Shown one piece after another: positions 18,402 to 28,507 of a stretch of DNA of 64,000 bases. Numbering within the stretch: the first letter of the stretch is position 1; each line of letters starts with the position of its first letter. Both the position numbers and the translations under genes were made by a program. Below the pieces are notes generated by a model. It was not told where the DNA came from. It made no database searches and saw only the letters and a program-made list of their open reading frames with translations. The stretch comes from a virus (taxonomy: Duplodnaviria > Caudoviricetes), in IMG/VR virus record IMGVR_UViG_3300001528_000378, positions 32,001 to 96,000 of that record; one strand, given 5' to 3'.

Positions 18402-18444
18402 TATAGTATAATAGGGGTTGAGGGTAGGCCCCTATTATCTTTTT
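18384..18444 (+). promoter_or_regulatory. sigma70-type promoter whose -10 lies in a terminator stem
   Basis: TTGACA(18384)-17 bp-TATAAT(18407); stem ATAATAGGGG/CCCCTATTAT followed by CTTTTT. Confidence 0.7.
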
Positions 18445-18456
18445 ATTGGAGAGCAT

Positions 18457-18807
18457 ATGATTAGCAGAGAAGGATTTAAAAAAGCAATTAAAGCCATTGA
18501 GAATCAGCAGGATTTAATGGATAAACTAGACGATATTAATCTTATGGGTTTAGCCACAGATATTGCAGAGATTGGTTTAATTGATACATTAATATCTGTC
18601 TTGGAGGAGGCATTTAACTTGTATACAGATCCTAGATATGGGTCTACACTATCTTGGTGGATTTATGAAACTGAAAAAGACAAATCCAATGCAGTCCTAT
18701 ATGAGGATGATGGTCAGGTAAAATTAGATACAGTAGATAAACTATATGATTATTTAATAGAAGAGGGTATGCACCACGACCAAGATAAAGATAGTAAAGA
18801 TTATTAA
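18457..18807 (+). CDS. Hypothetical acidic phage protein
   Basis: GGAG RBS; LSWWIYE...LDTVDKLYDYL. Confidence 0.65.
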   Translation: MISREGFKKAIKAIENQQDLMDKLDDINLMGLATDIAEIGLIDTLISVLEEAFNLYTDPRYGSTLSWWIYETEKDKSNAVLYEDDGQVKLDTVDKLYDYLIEEGMHHDQDKDSKDY

Positions 18808-18821
18808 AATAGGTAATATCA

Positions 18822-19937
18822 ATGATAAATAGTGTAAGATTAAAAGACTTTCAGGCACATAAAGATAGTAAACTAGACTTTGTAGATGGTATTAATGTGA
18901 TTACGGCTCCAAGTGGTGTAGGTAAATCATCTATTATTCGTGCCATTTCATACTTGTTTACAAATAAAAAGCCAGCCAACGTAAAGTATGAAAGACGCCC
19001 AGATTGTAAGGGATTTGAGATTGAAGTAAATGTAGATGGCCATACCATTAAAAGAGTTAAGTCTACCAAAGCCAATGAGTACCATATAGATGGTGAAGTA
19101 TATAAGGATATTGGTGTGAATGTACCAGACAGGGTGTACTCTTTAACTAATATTAAGCCCATTACAGTTGGAACGGAAGAGTTTAATATTCAGTTATCAA
19201 AGCAGTTCGACCCTCACTTTTTAATGTTTTTATCCGATTCTAGTAAGGTTAAATTTTTAAATAGGTTATCTGGTTCACATATATTGGATATTGCATTAAA
19301 AGAAACAAACAAGGACCTATTACAGATTGATAGGGATAAATTAAACAATGAAAATGAACTTACACAAGTTCAAACAAATATTAATGCTTATATTGATATT
19401 ATAGACCCCATAAAAAAGGCAGTAAGTGACGCCAAATTTCAATATGAACAGTTAAGTAAGGATGTTGATAGGTTATCCCAATTAAAGGCTTTAAAGAGCA
19501 ATTTGGACAGGTTTAACCAGCAAAAAAGAGAGTTTGATGCTTTTCAGTTAATTCTTTCAAAGGTTAATATAGAAGGCTTTGATTTTAAGATTAACAAGAT
19601 AAAAGAACTTAGAAATTTATATAATCAATATATATCTTGTATATCTGCACTCAAAAAGATAGAGGAAGCATTATCCAACATTAATAGTATCAATACCACT
19701 AGTTTGGAAAATAAAATAAAAAGACTTGACAAACTAGACTCTTTTAATGTAAAATATAAGGAGTTAAGGGTAGAACTAGATAGTCTGGATAGTCAGTTAG
19801 CAAATAATAACAGACAGATTAGTGATAATATTACTCGTGTAAAGACATTTTTGGAAAGTAACCCTAAATGTCCAACTTGTAATACTACTATTACAAAAAC
19901 TAAAATTGATAAAATTATTAAAGAATTAGAGGGATAG
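18822..19937 (+). CDS. Rad50/SbcC N-terminal half ending just after the zinc hook
   Basis: LKDFQAH, Walker A APSGVGKSS, Q-loop SKQFD, long coiled coil, CPTC about 20 aa from the C-terminus; no Walker B. Confidence 0.88.
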   Translation: MINSVRLKDFQAHKDSKLDFVDGINVITAPSGVGKSSIIRAISYLFTNKKPANVKYERRPDCKGFEIEVNVDGHTIKRVKSTKANEYHIDGEVYKDIGVNVPDRVYSLTNIKPITVGTEEFNIQLSKQFDPHFLMFLSDSSKVKFLNRLSGSHILDIALKETNKDLLQIDRDKLNNENELTQVQTNINAYIDIIDPIKKAVSDAKFQYEQLSKDVDRLSQLKALKSNLDRFNQQKREFDAFQLILSKVNIEGFDFKINKIKELRNLYNQYISCISALKKIEEALSNINSINTTSLENKIKRLDKLDSFNVKYKELRVELDSLDSQLANNNRQISDNITRVKTFLESNPKCPTCNTTITKTKIDKIIKELEG

Positions 19938-19940
19938 CAT

Positions 19941-20390
19941 ATGACAAAGAAACTTGAAACCACCAAAGTTAAATTATATGAATGTGTAATGAGTGATAAT
20001 GTTCACCCAAAAGTTATTAGACGCTTAGTTAGTAAAATCTGGAATATTGAGCATAGATACTATTATAATGATAAGGAGCGCTCCCTGCTTCAGTCTAAAA
20101 AAGAGTATATTAAACTAATTGCCAAGAATGCTTTAACATATCATAAATTAATGGGAACTCTTGACAATAAGGTAGACAACATTTTTAAAGAAGCAGACGG
20201 TAAGGATAAAGTAACTATTAAGCATTTAATTAATGAAATTTGCAGATGGTCTATTAAAACTTTGAGTACAAATAGCACTATTATGTATAATTCTTATGCC
20301 AAAAAATGTGCAGTTGCACTTAGTAGGTATAAACCTGGTGCGTCTTTTTACGAATTGATGTATTGTAAGGAGTTAGACGGAATTAAATGA
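19941..20390 (+). CDS. Hypothetical protein
   Basis: GAGGG RBS and operon packing. Confidence 0.6.
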   Translation: MTKKLETTKVKLYECVMSDNVHPKVIRRLVSKIWNIEHRYYYNDKERSLLQSKKEYIKLIAKNALTYHKLMGTLDNKVDNIFKEADGKDKVTIKHLINEICRWSIKTLSTNSTIMYNSYAKKCAVALSRYKPGASFYELMYCKELDGIK

Positions 20391-20725
20391 CATATATTTT
20401 ATTTTTTCTAATCTTATTTGCACTTGCATTATTGTGTGTTTTATTGTATAATTTGGGTGTGCTAGTTATATCCTATTGGTTAATGCGACTAAGTGTTAAA
20501 CCGATGGATATTGAAACCACATTTGAAAAGGTACAAAAAACAGTTCAGGATGGGTATTATGTTTCTGGGGGGCATGAACCTGTATTCTGGAAAGATAATA
20601 CTAGAATTTATATTAAGCACAATAAAATTATCCAAGTAGAGGACGGGTATGCTTGCTGTTTTTACATTGGGAATTTTATTGATTTTGTTAAATTTGTACA
20701 CTTTATTCAGGAGTATCAAGAATAA
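20387..20725 (+). CDS. Hypothetical membrane-anchored protein
   Basis: Hydrophobic N-terminal ~30 aa; AAGGAG upstream. Confidence 0.6.
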   Translation: MTYILFFLILFALALLCVLLYNLGVLVISYWLMRLSVKPMDIETTFEKVQKTVQDGYYVSGGHEPVFWKDNTRIYIKHNKIIQVEDGYACCFYIGNFIDFVKFVHFIQEYQE

Positions 20726-23700
20726 TGCCTACTTATCAGCAATATATTAAAGAAGGACACACAAAGGAAGAAGCACAGGGATTAATTGACTCTAATCCCT
20801 GCACTTTCTGTTCTCTACAAAACAACCAAATTTGCATTAAAGCAAAAGGTTATGGTGCAGAACACCCAAAGTTTATGTTAGTTTCAGATTACATTAGAAG
20901 AAACTGGGCTACCAAATCTATGCCTTTTAGTGGTAATGTAGTTGGTGAATTACAGAAAGTATTTAAAGCGTCTAATATAAACCCAGCAGAAGTTTATTTT
21001 ACTTCACTGGTAAAGTGTTCTTCTGCCAAAAGTTTGAAGTATGGTGAAGATACAAAACCAAAAAAGGATAATATCACCTACTGTTCTGCTTATTTGGAAA
21101 AAGAAATTGCTGATAAAAAACCACAAGTTATTATTGCCTGTGGTCAAATTGCTTTGGATTACTTCTTTCCAAAGTTTAAAATGGCAGAAAAGAGATGCCA
21201 AGTATTAAAGGACGAAAAGCATAATTGTTTGGTAGTACCCATCTATAATCCAGAGGCTATGACCACAACTGCGGAGTTTGATAGGATTATTACCAAGGCA
21301 TTTCAACAAGCATATAATGCAGTTTATGCTCCAGAGAAATTAAAATTCCCGGATGTTAAGTATGTAAAAGTTACAACCCTTGATATGTTAAGACAGGTCT
21401 ATACTAGAATCAAAGAGGTTGATAGGATTGCATACGACTTAGAAACCAATGGGGTTGTATACAGAACGGCTAAAATCCTTTCTGTGGGTGTATCTTGGGC
21501 AAAGAATACAGGTGTATCCTGGCCATTATGGGTAAAAGACCAAGAAGCCTACAATAAAGCATTAGAGGGATTAAAGGGTAGTGAGCGCATTAAAATGGCT
21601 TCTAAACTTGATCATGACCCCTTTATTAAAAAATTCTGGAAAGATAGTGAGTGGGACGAAGTAATGTCCATTACCAAGAATATTTTTGAGAATACCAAAT
21701 GCAAGAAAGGGGGTCATAATACTTTTTTTGATAATTTAATTCTCCATTATAATGGTATTGAGGTGAACAACTACACCTATGATACAATGGTAATGAAACA
21801 TCTATTAGATGAAGATAGTGAGAAATCCTTAGATTACTGCTCTTGGATTTATACAGATAAGGGTGGGTATAAAATGGAAAAAGAAAAATACCTCAAATCT
21901 GATAAATCTAACTTCGCCAATATTCCATTAGACGTGCTATTGGAATATAACGCGGGGGACGCTGCTTGTACCTATGAACTATATGACGTGTTTAAACCAG
22001 AAATTTTAAAAGAAGGTTTGGCATATGAACTTGCACAAATCCGTATTCCCTTACAGAAAGCATTGATGGAAGCCTGTATTGCGGGCATGCCTGTTAATAT
22101 GGACTATGTAAGAAAGACTCGTGAAGATATCAGTAAACAGCTAAAGGATTTGGAAGAACAATTATTGCCTACTATTAAAAAGTATTATGGTGATAATGCT
22201 ACTATTGTATCTAATACAGAAGAAGCCAAAGAGTGTAAAAACCCATGGAACATTAACTCCGCTCAGTCATTGAGAGATTTGTTTTTCAATAAGTTGAAAT
22301 GCAAGAGTAGTGGAACTACATCCTCTGGTTCTCAAAGTACAGACGAAAGTGCCCTATTAAAACTCCAAAGGAAGGGTGTAAAAGAAGCAGAGTTAATCTT
22401 AAAAAGAAAGAAATTATTTAAGTTTAAGACTACTTATTTGGACGATATTGAAAACATCCTAGACGAAAATAATAGGGTGCATCCTTCGTTTTCAGTTACT
22501 GGTACTGCATGTATAACGGGTGACACACTACTTCTTACAGATTCTGGATATAATCGCATGGATTCTTTGGGGGAATACAAAGAAGGTGAGTTTATACCAA
22601 AGGAATACACCATTATCAATGCAAATAAGGATGTTGAGAAGTCTAGTCATATCATTAAGTATTCTAATGTCCCAACTATTAGGATTGATACAAAATATGG
22701 GTTCCATATTGAGGGGACACACAACCATCCTGTAAAAGTAGGCAAACCAAGACAACAAAATTATAGGTACAAAGGTAATTTGGTTAAATTTAAAAAACAA
22801 GGTTTTGATACACAATTTAAGACTTTAGACAGCATTAAAGAGGGCGATTATATCGAATTAGCACTTAATACTAATGTGTTTCCAAGTAAGTATGTGCAAA
22901 CAAACCTTAAACCTTATGATTTTAAAAAGAAGCCTTATATTGCTGGAAAAATACCAGAAGTGTACAATGAAGATTTTGCGGAGTTTTTGGGAATGTATAT
23001 GAGTGATGGTTCTATTAATACAAGTAATGGCTCGTTTAGAATAACCATTACTAATGACGACCCATATGTTCAGGATAGAGTGAAATACTTAAATAAGGTA
23101 TTATTTGATGCTAATGTGTATGAATACAAAAAAAACAGAAAAGACATTTCGGATGTTTTATTAACAGGTGTGTTCTTGAGAGCATTAGAGCCTATTTTAC
23201 CTCGTGGAGCACATAATAAGTGTTTACCTATGGTTATGCTTAATTCCCCAAAATCTGTTGTATGTGCCTATATTAAGGGAAGAACACTAGATAGCACATA
23301 CATAAAGGAAAAGCACGAGTTAAAAATATCTGTTATGTCTAGCTTTGAGGCAGATTTTATACAACAATTTTTATTAAATATGGGTATTATTTCTTTCAGA
23401 AATACCTGCAAAGGAAGAAATGGGTATACCTATTATAGAATTGCTGTAAGTAATTCCAACTATGACAGGTTTAAGGAAGAAATTGGTGTAATAGAGCCAA
23501 AAAAATATGATTCTTCAAAATCAAAAGAAATGGAATCTTGCTTGTACAGTTTAGATTCAAAACAAATGCTTGTTAAAGTTATTGGTATTGAGCACAAAAC
23601 TAATGATGTGTATGATATACACGTTCCGAAAACACATAGTTTTGTGGCTGGTGGCATTGTGAATCATAACACTGGAAGGTTGTCTTCTAAGGATCCAAAT

Positions 23701-24501
23701 ATCCAGCAAATACCTCGTGATAAAACCATTAAGTGTATGTTTCAAGCACCAGAAGGGTATGAAATTGGTGAAGTGGACTTCTCACAGGCAGAATTAAGGG
23801 TTATGGCTGCTTTATCAAATGATACAAGTATGAAACGTATCTATGAGAGAGATGGAGATATTCATATGGAATTGGCAGTAGACTGTTTTAAAAAGCCTGC
23901 TTCTGAAATAACAAAGGATGAGCGCTCTATTGCAAAATCAATTAATTTCGGCATTGGGTATGGTGCTGGTGCTACTACACTTAAAGACACCCTAGAGGAT
24001 GCTGGTGTAATTATAACAAAGAATGAAGCTCAGAAATATATTGATACCTGGCATAAGAAGTTCAATATGGCATCATCATTCCTAATGGGGTGTAACAGAA
24101 GATTTATACAAACACACCTATTACAAACCCCTTTTGGTAGGCGTAGGCGTATGTTTAAGGATTTTAAAGACGACTATATTACACAAGCAAAAGGTAGAGA
24201 GGGTCAAAACTTTGTTATACAGGGGTGCGCTGCAGAAATAGCATTCTTATCCCTTATCAATATATCTCGTGAAGTTAAAAAGTTTGGTGGTAGGGTAATA
24301 TCCACCGTCCATGACTCTATCTTAATTGAGTATCCAGTTGAACAAAGAAAGAATATTGCTCACATTTGTAAGAAGTATACTTGGGTTACATACCCATTCT
24401 TAAATGGACTGTATATGAATAGCGACTTGGAAGCTGCAAAAGAATGGGGAAATAAAAAGCCAGTTAACATGGATACCGGGGAGTTTGAAAAAGATGATTA
24501 G
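20725..24501 (+). CDS. Family A DNA polymerase with N-terminal family-4 UDG-like domain, 3'-5' exonuclease and intein
   Basis: CTFCSL...PFSG...TSLVKC...YC UDG-like domain; YDLET exonuclease motif; TGRLSS; motif A DFSQAELR; motif B KSINFGIGYG; motif C VHDS. Confidence 0.93.
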   Translation: MPTYQQYIKEGHTKEEAQGLIDSNPCTFCSLQNNQICIKAKGYGAEHPKFMLVSDYIRRNWATKSMPFSGNVVGELQKVFKASNINPAEVYFTSLVKCSSAKSLKYGEDTKPKKDNITYCSAYLEKEIADKKPQVIIACGQIALDYFFPKFKMAEKRCQVLKDEKHNCLVVPIYNPEAMTTTAEFDRIITKAFQQAYNAVYAPEKLKFPDVKYVKVTTLDMLRQVYTRIKEVDRIAYDLETNGVVYRTAKILSVGVSWAKNTGVSWPLWVKDQEAYNKALEGLKGSERIKMASKLDHDPFIKKFWKDSEWDEVMSITKNIFENTKCKKGGHNTFFDNLILHYNGIEVNNYTYDTMVMKHLLDEDSEKSLDYCSWIYTDKGGYKMEKEKYLKSDKSNFANIPLDVLLEYNAGDAACTYELYDVFKPEILKEGLAYELAQIRIPLQKALMEACIAGMPVNMDYVRKTREDISKQLKDLEEQLLPTIKKYYGDNATIVSNTEEAKECKNPWNINSAQSLRDLFFNKLKCKSSGTTSSGSQSTDESALLKLQRKGVKEAELILKRKKLFKFKTTYLDDIENILDENNRVHPSFSVTGTACITGDTLLLTDSGYNRMDSLGEYKEGEFIPKEYTIINANKDVEKSSHIIKYSNVPTIRIDTKYGFHIEGTHNHPVKVGKPRQQNYRYKGNLVKFKKQGFDTQFKTLDSIKEGDYIELALNTNVFPSKYVQTNLKPYDFKKKPYIAGKIPEVYNEDFAEFLGMYMSDGSINTSNGSFRITITNDDPYVQDRVKYLNKVLFDANVYEYKKNRKDISDVLLTGVFLRALEPILPRGAHNKCLPMVMLNSPKSVVCAYIKGRTLDSTYIKEKHELKISVMSSFEADFIQQFLLNMGIISFRNTCKGRNGYTYYRIAVSNSNYDRFKEEIGVIEPKKYDSSKSKEMESCLYSLDSKQMLVKVIGIEHKTNDVYDIHVPKTHSFVAGGIVNHNTGRLSSKDPNIQQIPRDKTIKCMFQAPEGYEIGEVDFSQAELRVMAALSNDTSMKRIYERDGDIHMELAVDCFKKPASEITKDERSIAKSINFGIGYGAGATTLKDTLEDAGVIITKNEAQKYIDTWHKKFNMASSFLMGCNRRFIQTHLLQTPFGRRRRMFKDFKDDYITQAKGREGQNFVIQGCAAEIAFLSLINISREVKKFGGRVISTVHDSILIEYPVEQRKNIAHICKKYTWVTYPFLNGLYMNSDLEAAKEWGNKKPVNMDTGEFEKDD
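22510..23670 (+). mobile_element. Intein (387 aa) with LAGLIDADG endonuclease in the polymerase
   Basis: GTA|CITGDT...VYDIHVPKTHSFVAGGIVNHN|TGRLSS; FLGMYMSDGS motif. Confidence 0.92.
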
Positions 24502-24730
24502 TATAACTTTAAATGATAATAATACGGTCTCTATCAAGGATAAAGAAACTATCCTTGGTAGGACTGTGTGGTATAAAACATCAGACGGTAGTTTTAAAAA
24601 AGGTAAAATTGTATCGTTAGAAACGGATATGGATAGCCTCTGGTATTACAAACCAGAGGGATATGACTGTTTTATTAGAAGAAGCAGTATTTTTACAGAA
24701 GAGGAGTATAATAGGAGGACACATGAGTAG
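24494..24730 (+). CDS. Hypothetical protein
   Basis: Overlaps the polymerase stop; GGGGAG upstream. Confidence 0.55.
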   Translation: MISITLNDNNTVSIKDKETILGRTVWYKTSDGSFKKGKIVSLETDMDSLWYYKPEGYDCFIRRSSIFTEEEYNRRTHE

Positions 24731-24878
24731 AAAGTATGGATTATCATTTTCATGGAAAAGAGCTATTGGGCTATCTGGATTAAAGAGTAGTATTGCAAAT
24801 AGAACAGGTATTCCACTAACAAAGAGTGGTTGGGAGCGCAAAATAGGTAGGATTTTACTAGATTTATTCTTTAAGTAG
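24723..24878 (+). CDS. Small basic protein (GLSFSWKRAIG...TGIPLTK...RKIG)
   Basis: GGAGG RBS; I recall this motif as a widespread small hypothetical family. Confidence 0.65.
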   Translation: MSRKYGLSFSWKRAIGLSGLKSSIANRTGIPLTKSGWERKIGRILLDLFFK

Positions 24879-24909
24879 TTTACATTTTGGTATAATATAG
24901 AGGTAATGT

Positions 24910-25227
24910 ATGAATACCAAATATAAGAGAATAAAAAGATTTAGTAAGTTTTTAGTCACCAAGAAAATATCTGGTGGTATAAGGTATTTACTGGCACCAA
25001 TTAAGTTTGAAAGAGGTCCAGTTTTGATGGCTTCTGAAACAGTAGGTATAAGAAGGACAAGTTCAGATTTTGTATTTTACAAGGGTGAACAGTCCAAACC
25101 TGTTATAACTGGAAGTATTTTATTAGTTGATTCCTCTACTAAACTTCTATCCTCTGAAAATATGGACGTATCCTACATTAACACCCCCCAAGTGCTGAAA
25201 GATTCTTTAAGTGGGGCTTCTGACTAA
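24910..25227 (+). CDS. Hypothetical protein, first gene of the tail-like cassette
   Basis: TGGTATAAT at 24888-24896 and GAGG RBS. Confidence 0.55.
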   Translation: MNTKYKRIKRFSKFLVTKKISGGIRYLLAPIKFERGPVLMASETVGIRRTSSDFVFYKGEQSKPVITGSILLVDSSTKLLSSENMDVSYINTPQVLKDSLSGASD

Positions 25228-26714
25228 TGGAAAAATCAAAACTCTATCAATATAAAGACATCAGTAAGAGTAGTGCTATGAGTTATAAAGGTACACTTGC
25301 ACTAAAACTTACTGATGATTTTCAATATAATGTAAGCACTCCTGTAAATACAATAAATAACTATCAAATTAATACAGATGCTATTGTAGTGAGCAATACA
25401 TTAGATAATAGTTCTAATATGAAATTTAACTTATCATTTAAAATAAATAAAGATATTGTTGGTATTGGTACAAAAAACATACTTGATTTCCCTGGGCTTT
25501 TAAGCGTTAAGTCTGAGAGTAATACTTTGTGGTTCAAGTTTTACTATGAGGATGCCCCGGCGTGGAAGTACATAAATGCAAGTGAGTTGATAGACGGCTG
25601 GAACAATGTGGCATTGGTTGGCGACGGCGTAAAGGTTACGCTGACAGTAAATAGTGCAGTACATACACTTTTAGATAGTTCTTTAACTAAAACATATGTT
25701 ACCTATACAGGTGGTCAGTACAAATATTTAAAGATGGACGAAACAGCCCCCATTGCTACAGCTGACTCTTGGGAAATCCAAACCACTTATACGTACCACA
25801 AGTCTGGCACAGCAAGTTACCCCTGTATTTTTGGCTATTCTGGTGGTAGTGATTATAAGACACCCAGTTTAATTAATGAGGGCGGAAGTTATAGATTATA
25901 TTTGTCTTCTACTGGTAGCAGTTGGAATTTAAACACCACCAACACTGGTTTTATCCCAGAAGATGGTAAAACTTACGACATTGTAGCAGGATTTACAGGT
26001 TCACAGTACTATGTGAAGTGGCGTCTGTTTGGTACGACAGAGTGGACAGGTAATTGGACGTTAGATTCTACGACCAAAGTTTATTGTAGTGCACCATTTT
26101 ATTGGTTGAACTTATCATTAAATAGTTATAACTACTACAATGCAGGTGAACTCTACATGTCCAATACCAAGATTATTGTGAATGGAGATACTTGGTTTGA
26201 TGGTGCAGGCGATACTGGGTTCACTAATACAGACTGTACAAAGAATACTATCGTTGATGGACCAAAATATCCTGTGCTGTCTTTGGGCACTTTAAAAACT
26301 TACCAGTCTTGGTTGTACTTAAAAGATATTGAAGCTTTAAAAATTGAAAGTGAAGAGCCCGGTGGAAGTGAAGAACCAGACACCCCTACGTATGACGATG
26401 AGGGCGCTCCGGTAGCAGCAAAAGATTTACCAGATGGCTGGGCTATGTGGAAGATAATATCTAGCGAACAGGACTATACTGGTACGTTATGGTATAGATA
26501 CACACTTTCGGTTCCTTATTTTGACAGCAATAATACATATCACAGTTCGAGTGATGTCTATATTCTTCCTAATGCCGACAACAGTAATCTGGCCGGTATT
26601 TTCATAGAACTTGGTGCCTCGGGTGGTGTCAATAATATGGAATACTATGTACCACCATCATATATGCCGAAAGAAGCAAAGTTAATATTGGATAAAACAG
26701 TAAAGGATAAATAA
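25227..26714 (+). CDS. Putative virion adhesin with lectin/beta-sandwich-like domains
   Basis: Thr/Ser/Gly/Tyr/Trp-rich beta-type composition and an acidic Pro linker (EEPGGSEEPDTP). Confidence 0.5.
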   Translation: MEKSKLYQYKDISKSSAMSYKGTLALKLTDDFQYNVSTPVNTINNYQINTDAIVVSNTLDNSSNMKFNLSFKINKDIVGIGTKNILDFPGLLSVKSESNTLWFKFYYEDAPAWKYINASELIDGWNNVALVGDGVKVTLTVNSAVHTLLDSSLTKTYVTYTGGQYKYLKMDETAPIATADSWEIQTTYTYHKSGTASYPCIFGYSGGSDYKTPSLINEGGSYRLYLSSTGSSWNLNTTNTGFIPEDGKTYDIVAGFTGSQYYVKWRLFGTTEWTGNWTLDSTTKVYCSAPFYWLNLSLNSYNYYNAGELYMSNTKIIVNGDTWFDGAGDTGFTNTDCTKNTIVDGPKYPVLSLGTLKTYQSWLYLKDIEALKIESEEPGGSEEPDTPTYDDEGAPVAAKDLPDGWAMWKIISSEQDYTGTLWYRYTLSVPYFDSNNTYHSSSDVYILPNADNSNLAGIFIELGASGGVNNMEYYVPPSYMPKEAKLILDKTVKDK

Positions 26715-26716
26715 TT

Positions 26717-28459
26717 ATGGCGAACGCAAAAACATATAACGAACTAAATCAAACAAATACTATTAACGCCAGTGACTTGGTAGCAGTGGCACAAAGTGAT
26801 AAAACGGAATTGCAAGCTACTACGGTTAGTGACTTGGCTAATGCAGTGGGTGAATTAAACCAAGCGGGTGCTTTGGCTGAACTTTCACTTGCTACTTCTA
26901 TCGGCAAGAACTTATTAGCCCAACGACTTAATGAGAAAGGTGTAGAGAATATCACACCTAATTCTACGCTTGTGGAAATGGCGGATGCAGTTAATGATTT
27001 ACAGACTGTATCTGAGCGTACACTTATTGCCACTGACATTGCAGATACTGATGGAAGTTACGTAACACTAGCAAATGCTGGTATGTCTTGTAATTATTGT
27101 AAATATTTTGCAAGAAAAAATGTATTTGTAAGTATTTTGAACGGTATATTTCGTATTTATAGGTATAACTTTCAGAATAAAGCAATGGAAATTCTAGCAC
27201 AATATGATAACTCATCCTATATATCTACAATAAATACTTACGCAAATAAACAAGATTTTTGCTTAACAAAAAACAACAAATATATAGGGTATATAGATTT
27301 TGACAACTACTACACTACTGTATTAGAGATGGACTGGGAGACGAATACTTTATCTTTAAAATATAATTACACTCTTACCGATGTTGTTTTAGATTATAAA
27401 TATGGTAAAAATAGTGGTAGTTGGGGCAATGGTAATTATAATAACTTTATTGGCTGTATTCTTTCTGAACAAGGGGATTCTGCTTTTATGGCCAGTGGTA
27501 GTTATGATAGAACCGAAATGTACTACATCGACTATACGACCAATACGCAAAAAAAGGCAGCAAACGTAGCAGGAACAAGAACAAATGGTGGAAACGACTG
27601 GGAAATGCCAATAGAAATTCACTATGATGCGCAAAAAAGACAAATAGAATTAGTAAATAAAAACATTTTTATTAAAACATTTTCTGTCGATGTGTCTGTT
27701 GATAATCCTACAATAATTCTTGATGAGTTATTATGTCCACGTAATATGCTAGACATTGTAAAATACACGAGTAATCCTTGTGTTGATTGGGACAATAATA
27801 TTTTATTCGCGGCTGGATGCACAAAAAGTGATTATACCACATCAGGTATAAATTATTTAGAAGAATACAAAGAAAATACTATGCAAATTGTGGCATACGA
27901 TTTACTAAATAAAACCGTTTTGGACAAGATATCTTTTACATATGAACTCCCTATACCATCATCTTATTCTGATTCTGGTTATACATTGAATTCACGTGTA
28001 GTTGTGGTATTATCGTATTGTAAGAGTGAAAATGACTATATCATATGTCCTAATGCTTGTACACGTGTAAAATTTGATAATACTACAAAGAAATTTACTG
28101 TATATAATAGAAACAAAGCATTATACAATAATGCATATGTAAATACTAGCATTGTTAGTTACACAGGTAACTATTCTTCACAAGTATTAACGATTCCTAA
28201 CACTGATGCAAGCAAAACAATATTTGTTCAACTAGACAGTTCTACTTATGCTTATAATATGTATGCAGATGGCAGTTTTAAAGATTCTTCATTCATATCT
28301 ACGGTTACATTTGACAATAAGAGCGCTGCAATTGGTTATATTTTCACAGCAAACAGCGTGCAGACTTTATTTAAAAATATGAATTTTTCACGAGATATGT
28401 ATAAGTCTGACGCTTATGACCTAACTACAAAACAAGTAGAAATTCCGACAGATAATTAA
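26717..28459 (+). CDS. Putative tail fibre/receptor-binding protein
   Basis: N-terminal ELNQTNTINASDLVAV and LAQRLNEKGVE...TLVEMADAV segments typical of tail proteins; Asn/Tyr-rich beta-type body. Confidence 0.55.
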   Translation: MANAKTYNELNQTNTINASDLVAVAQSDKTELQATTVSDLANAVGELNQAGALAELSLATSIGKNLLAQRLNEKGVENITPNSTLVEMADAVNDLQTVSERTLIATDIADTDGSYVTLANAGMSCNYCKYFARKNVFVSILNGIFRIYRYNFQNKAMEILAQYDNSSYISTINTYANKQDFCLTKNNKYIGYIDFDNYYTTVLEMDWETNTLSLKYNYTLTDVVLDYKYGKNSGSWGNGNYNNFIGCILSEQGDSAFMASGSYDRTEMYYIDYTTNTQKKAANVAGTRTNGGNDWEMPIEIHYDAQKRQIELVNKNIFIKTFSVDVSVDNPTIILDELLCPRNMLDIVKYTSNPCVDWDNNILFAAGCTKSDYTTSGINYLEEYKENTMQIVAYDLLNKTVLDKISFTYELPIPSSYSDSGYTLNSRVVVVLSYCKSENDYIICPNACTRVKFDNTTKKFTVYNRNKALYNNAYVNTSIVSYTGNYSSQVLTIPNTDASKTIFVQLDSSTYAYNMYADGSFKDSSFISTVTFDNKSAAIGYIFTANSVQTLFKNMNFSRDMYKSDAYDLTTKQVEIPTDN

Positions 28460-28475
28460 TTAAGTATTACCAAAC

Positions 28476-28507
28476 AAAATACCCCCTAATTATAGGGGGT
28501 ATTTTTT
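28476..28507. terminator. Bidirectional terminator between the converging arms
   Basis: AAAATACCCCCTA-ATTA-TAGGGGGTATTTT with A/T runs on both sides. Confidence 0.85.

Noticed and set aside
15702-19937. Rad50 halves as a pseudogene or assembly error
   Set aside because: Both halves are intact with their own starts, lie in reversed order, and are separated by several coherent genes.
24910-28459. Diversity-generating retroelement or invertible tail cassette
   Set aside because: No reverse transcriptase, template/variable repeat pair, invertase or flanking inverted repeats were seen.
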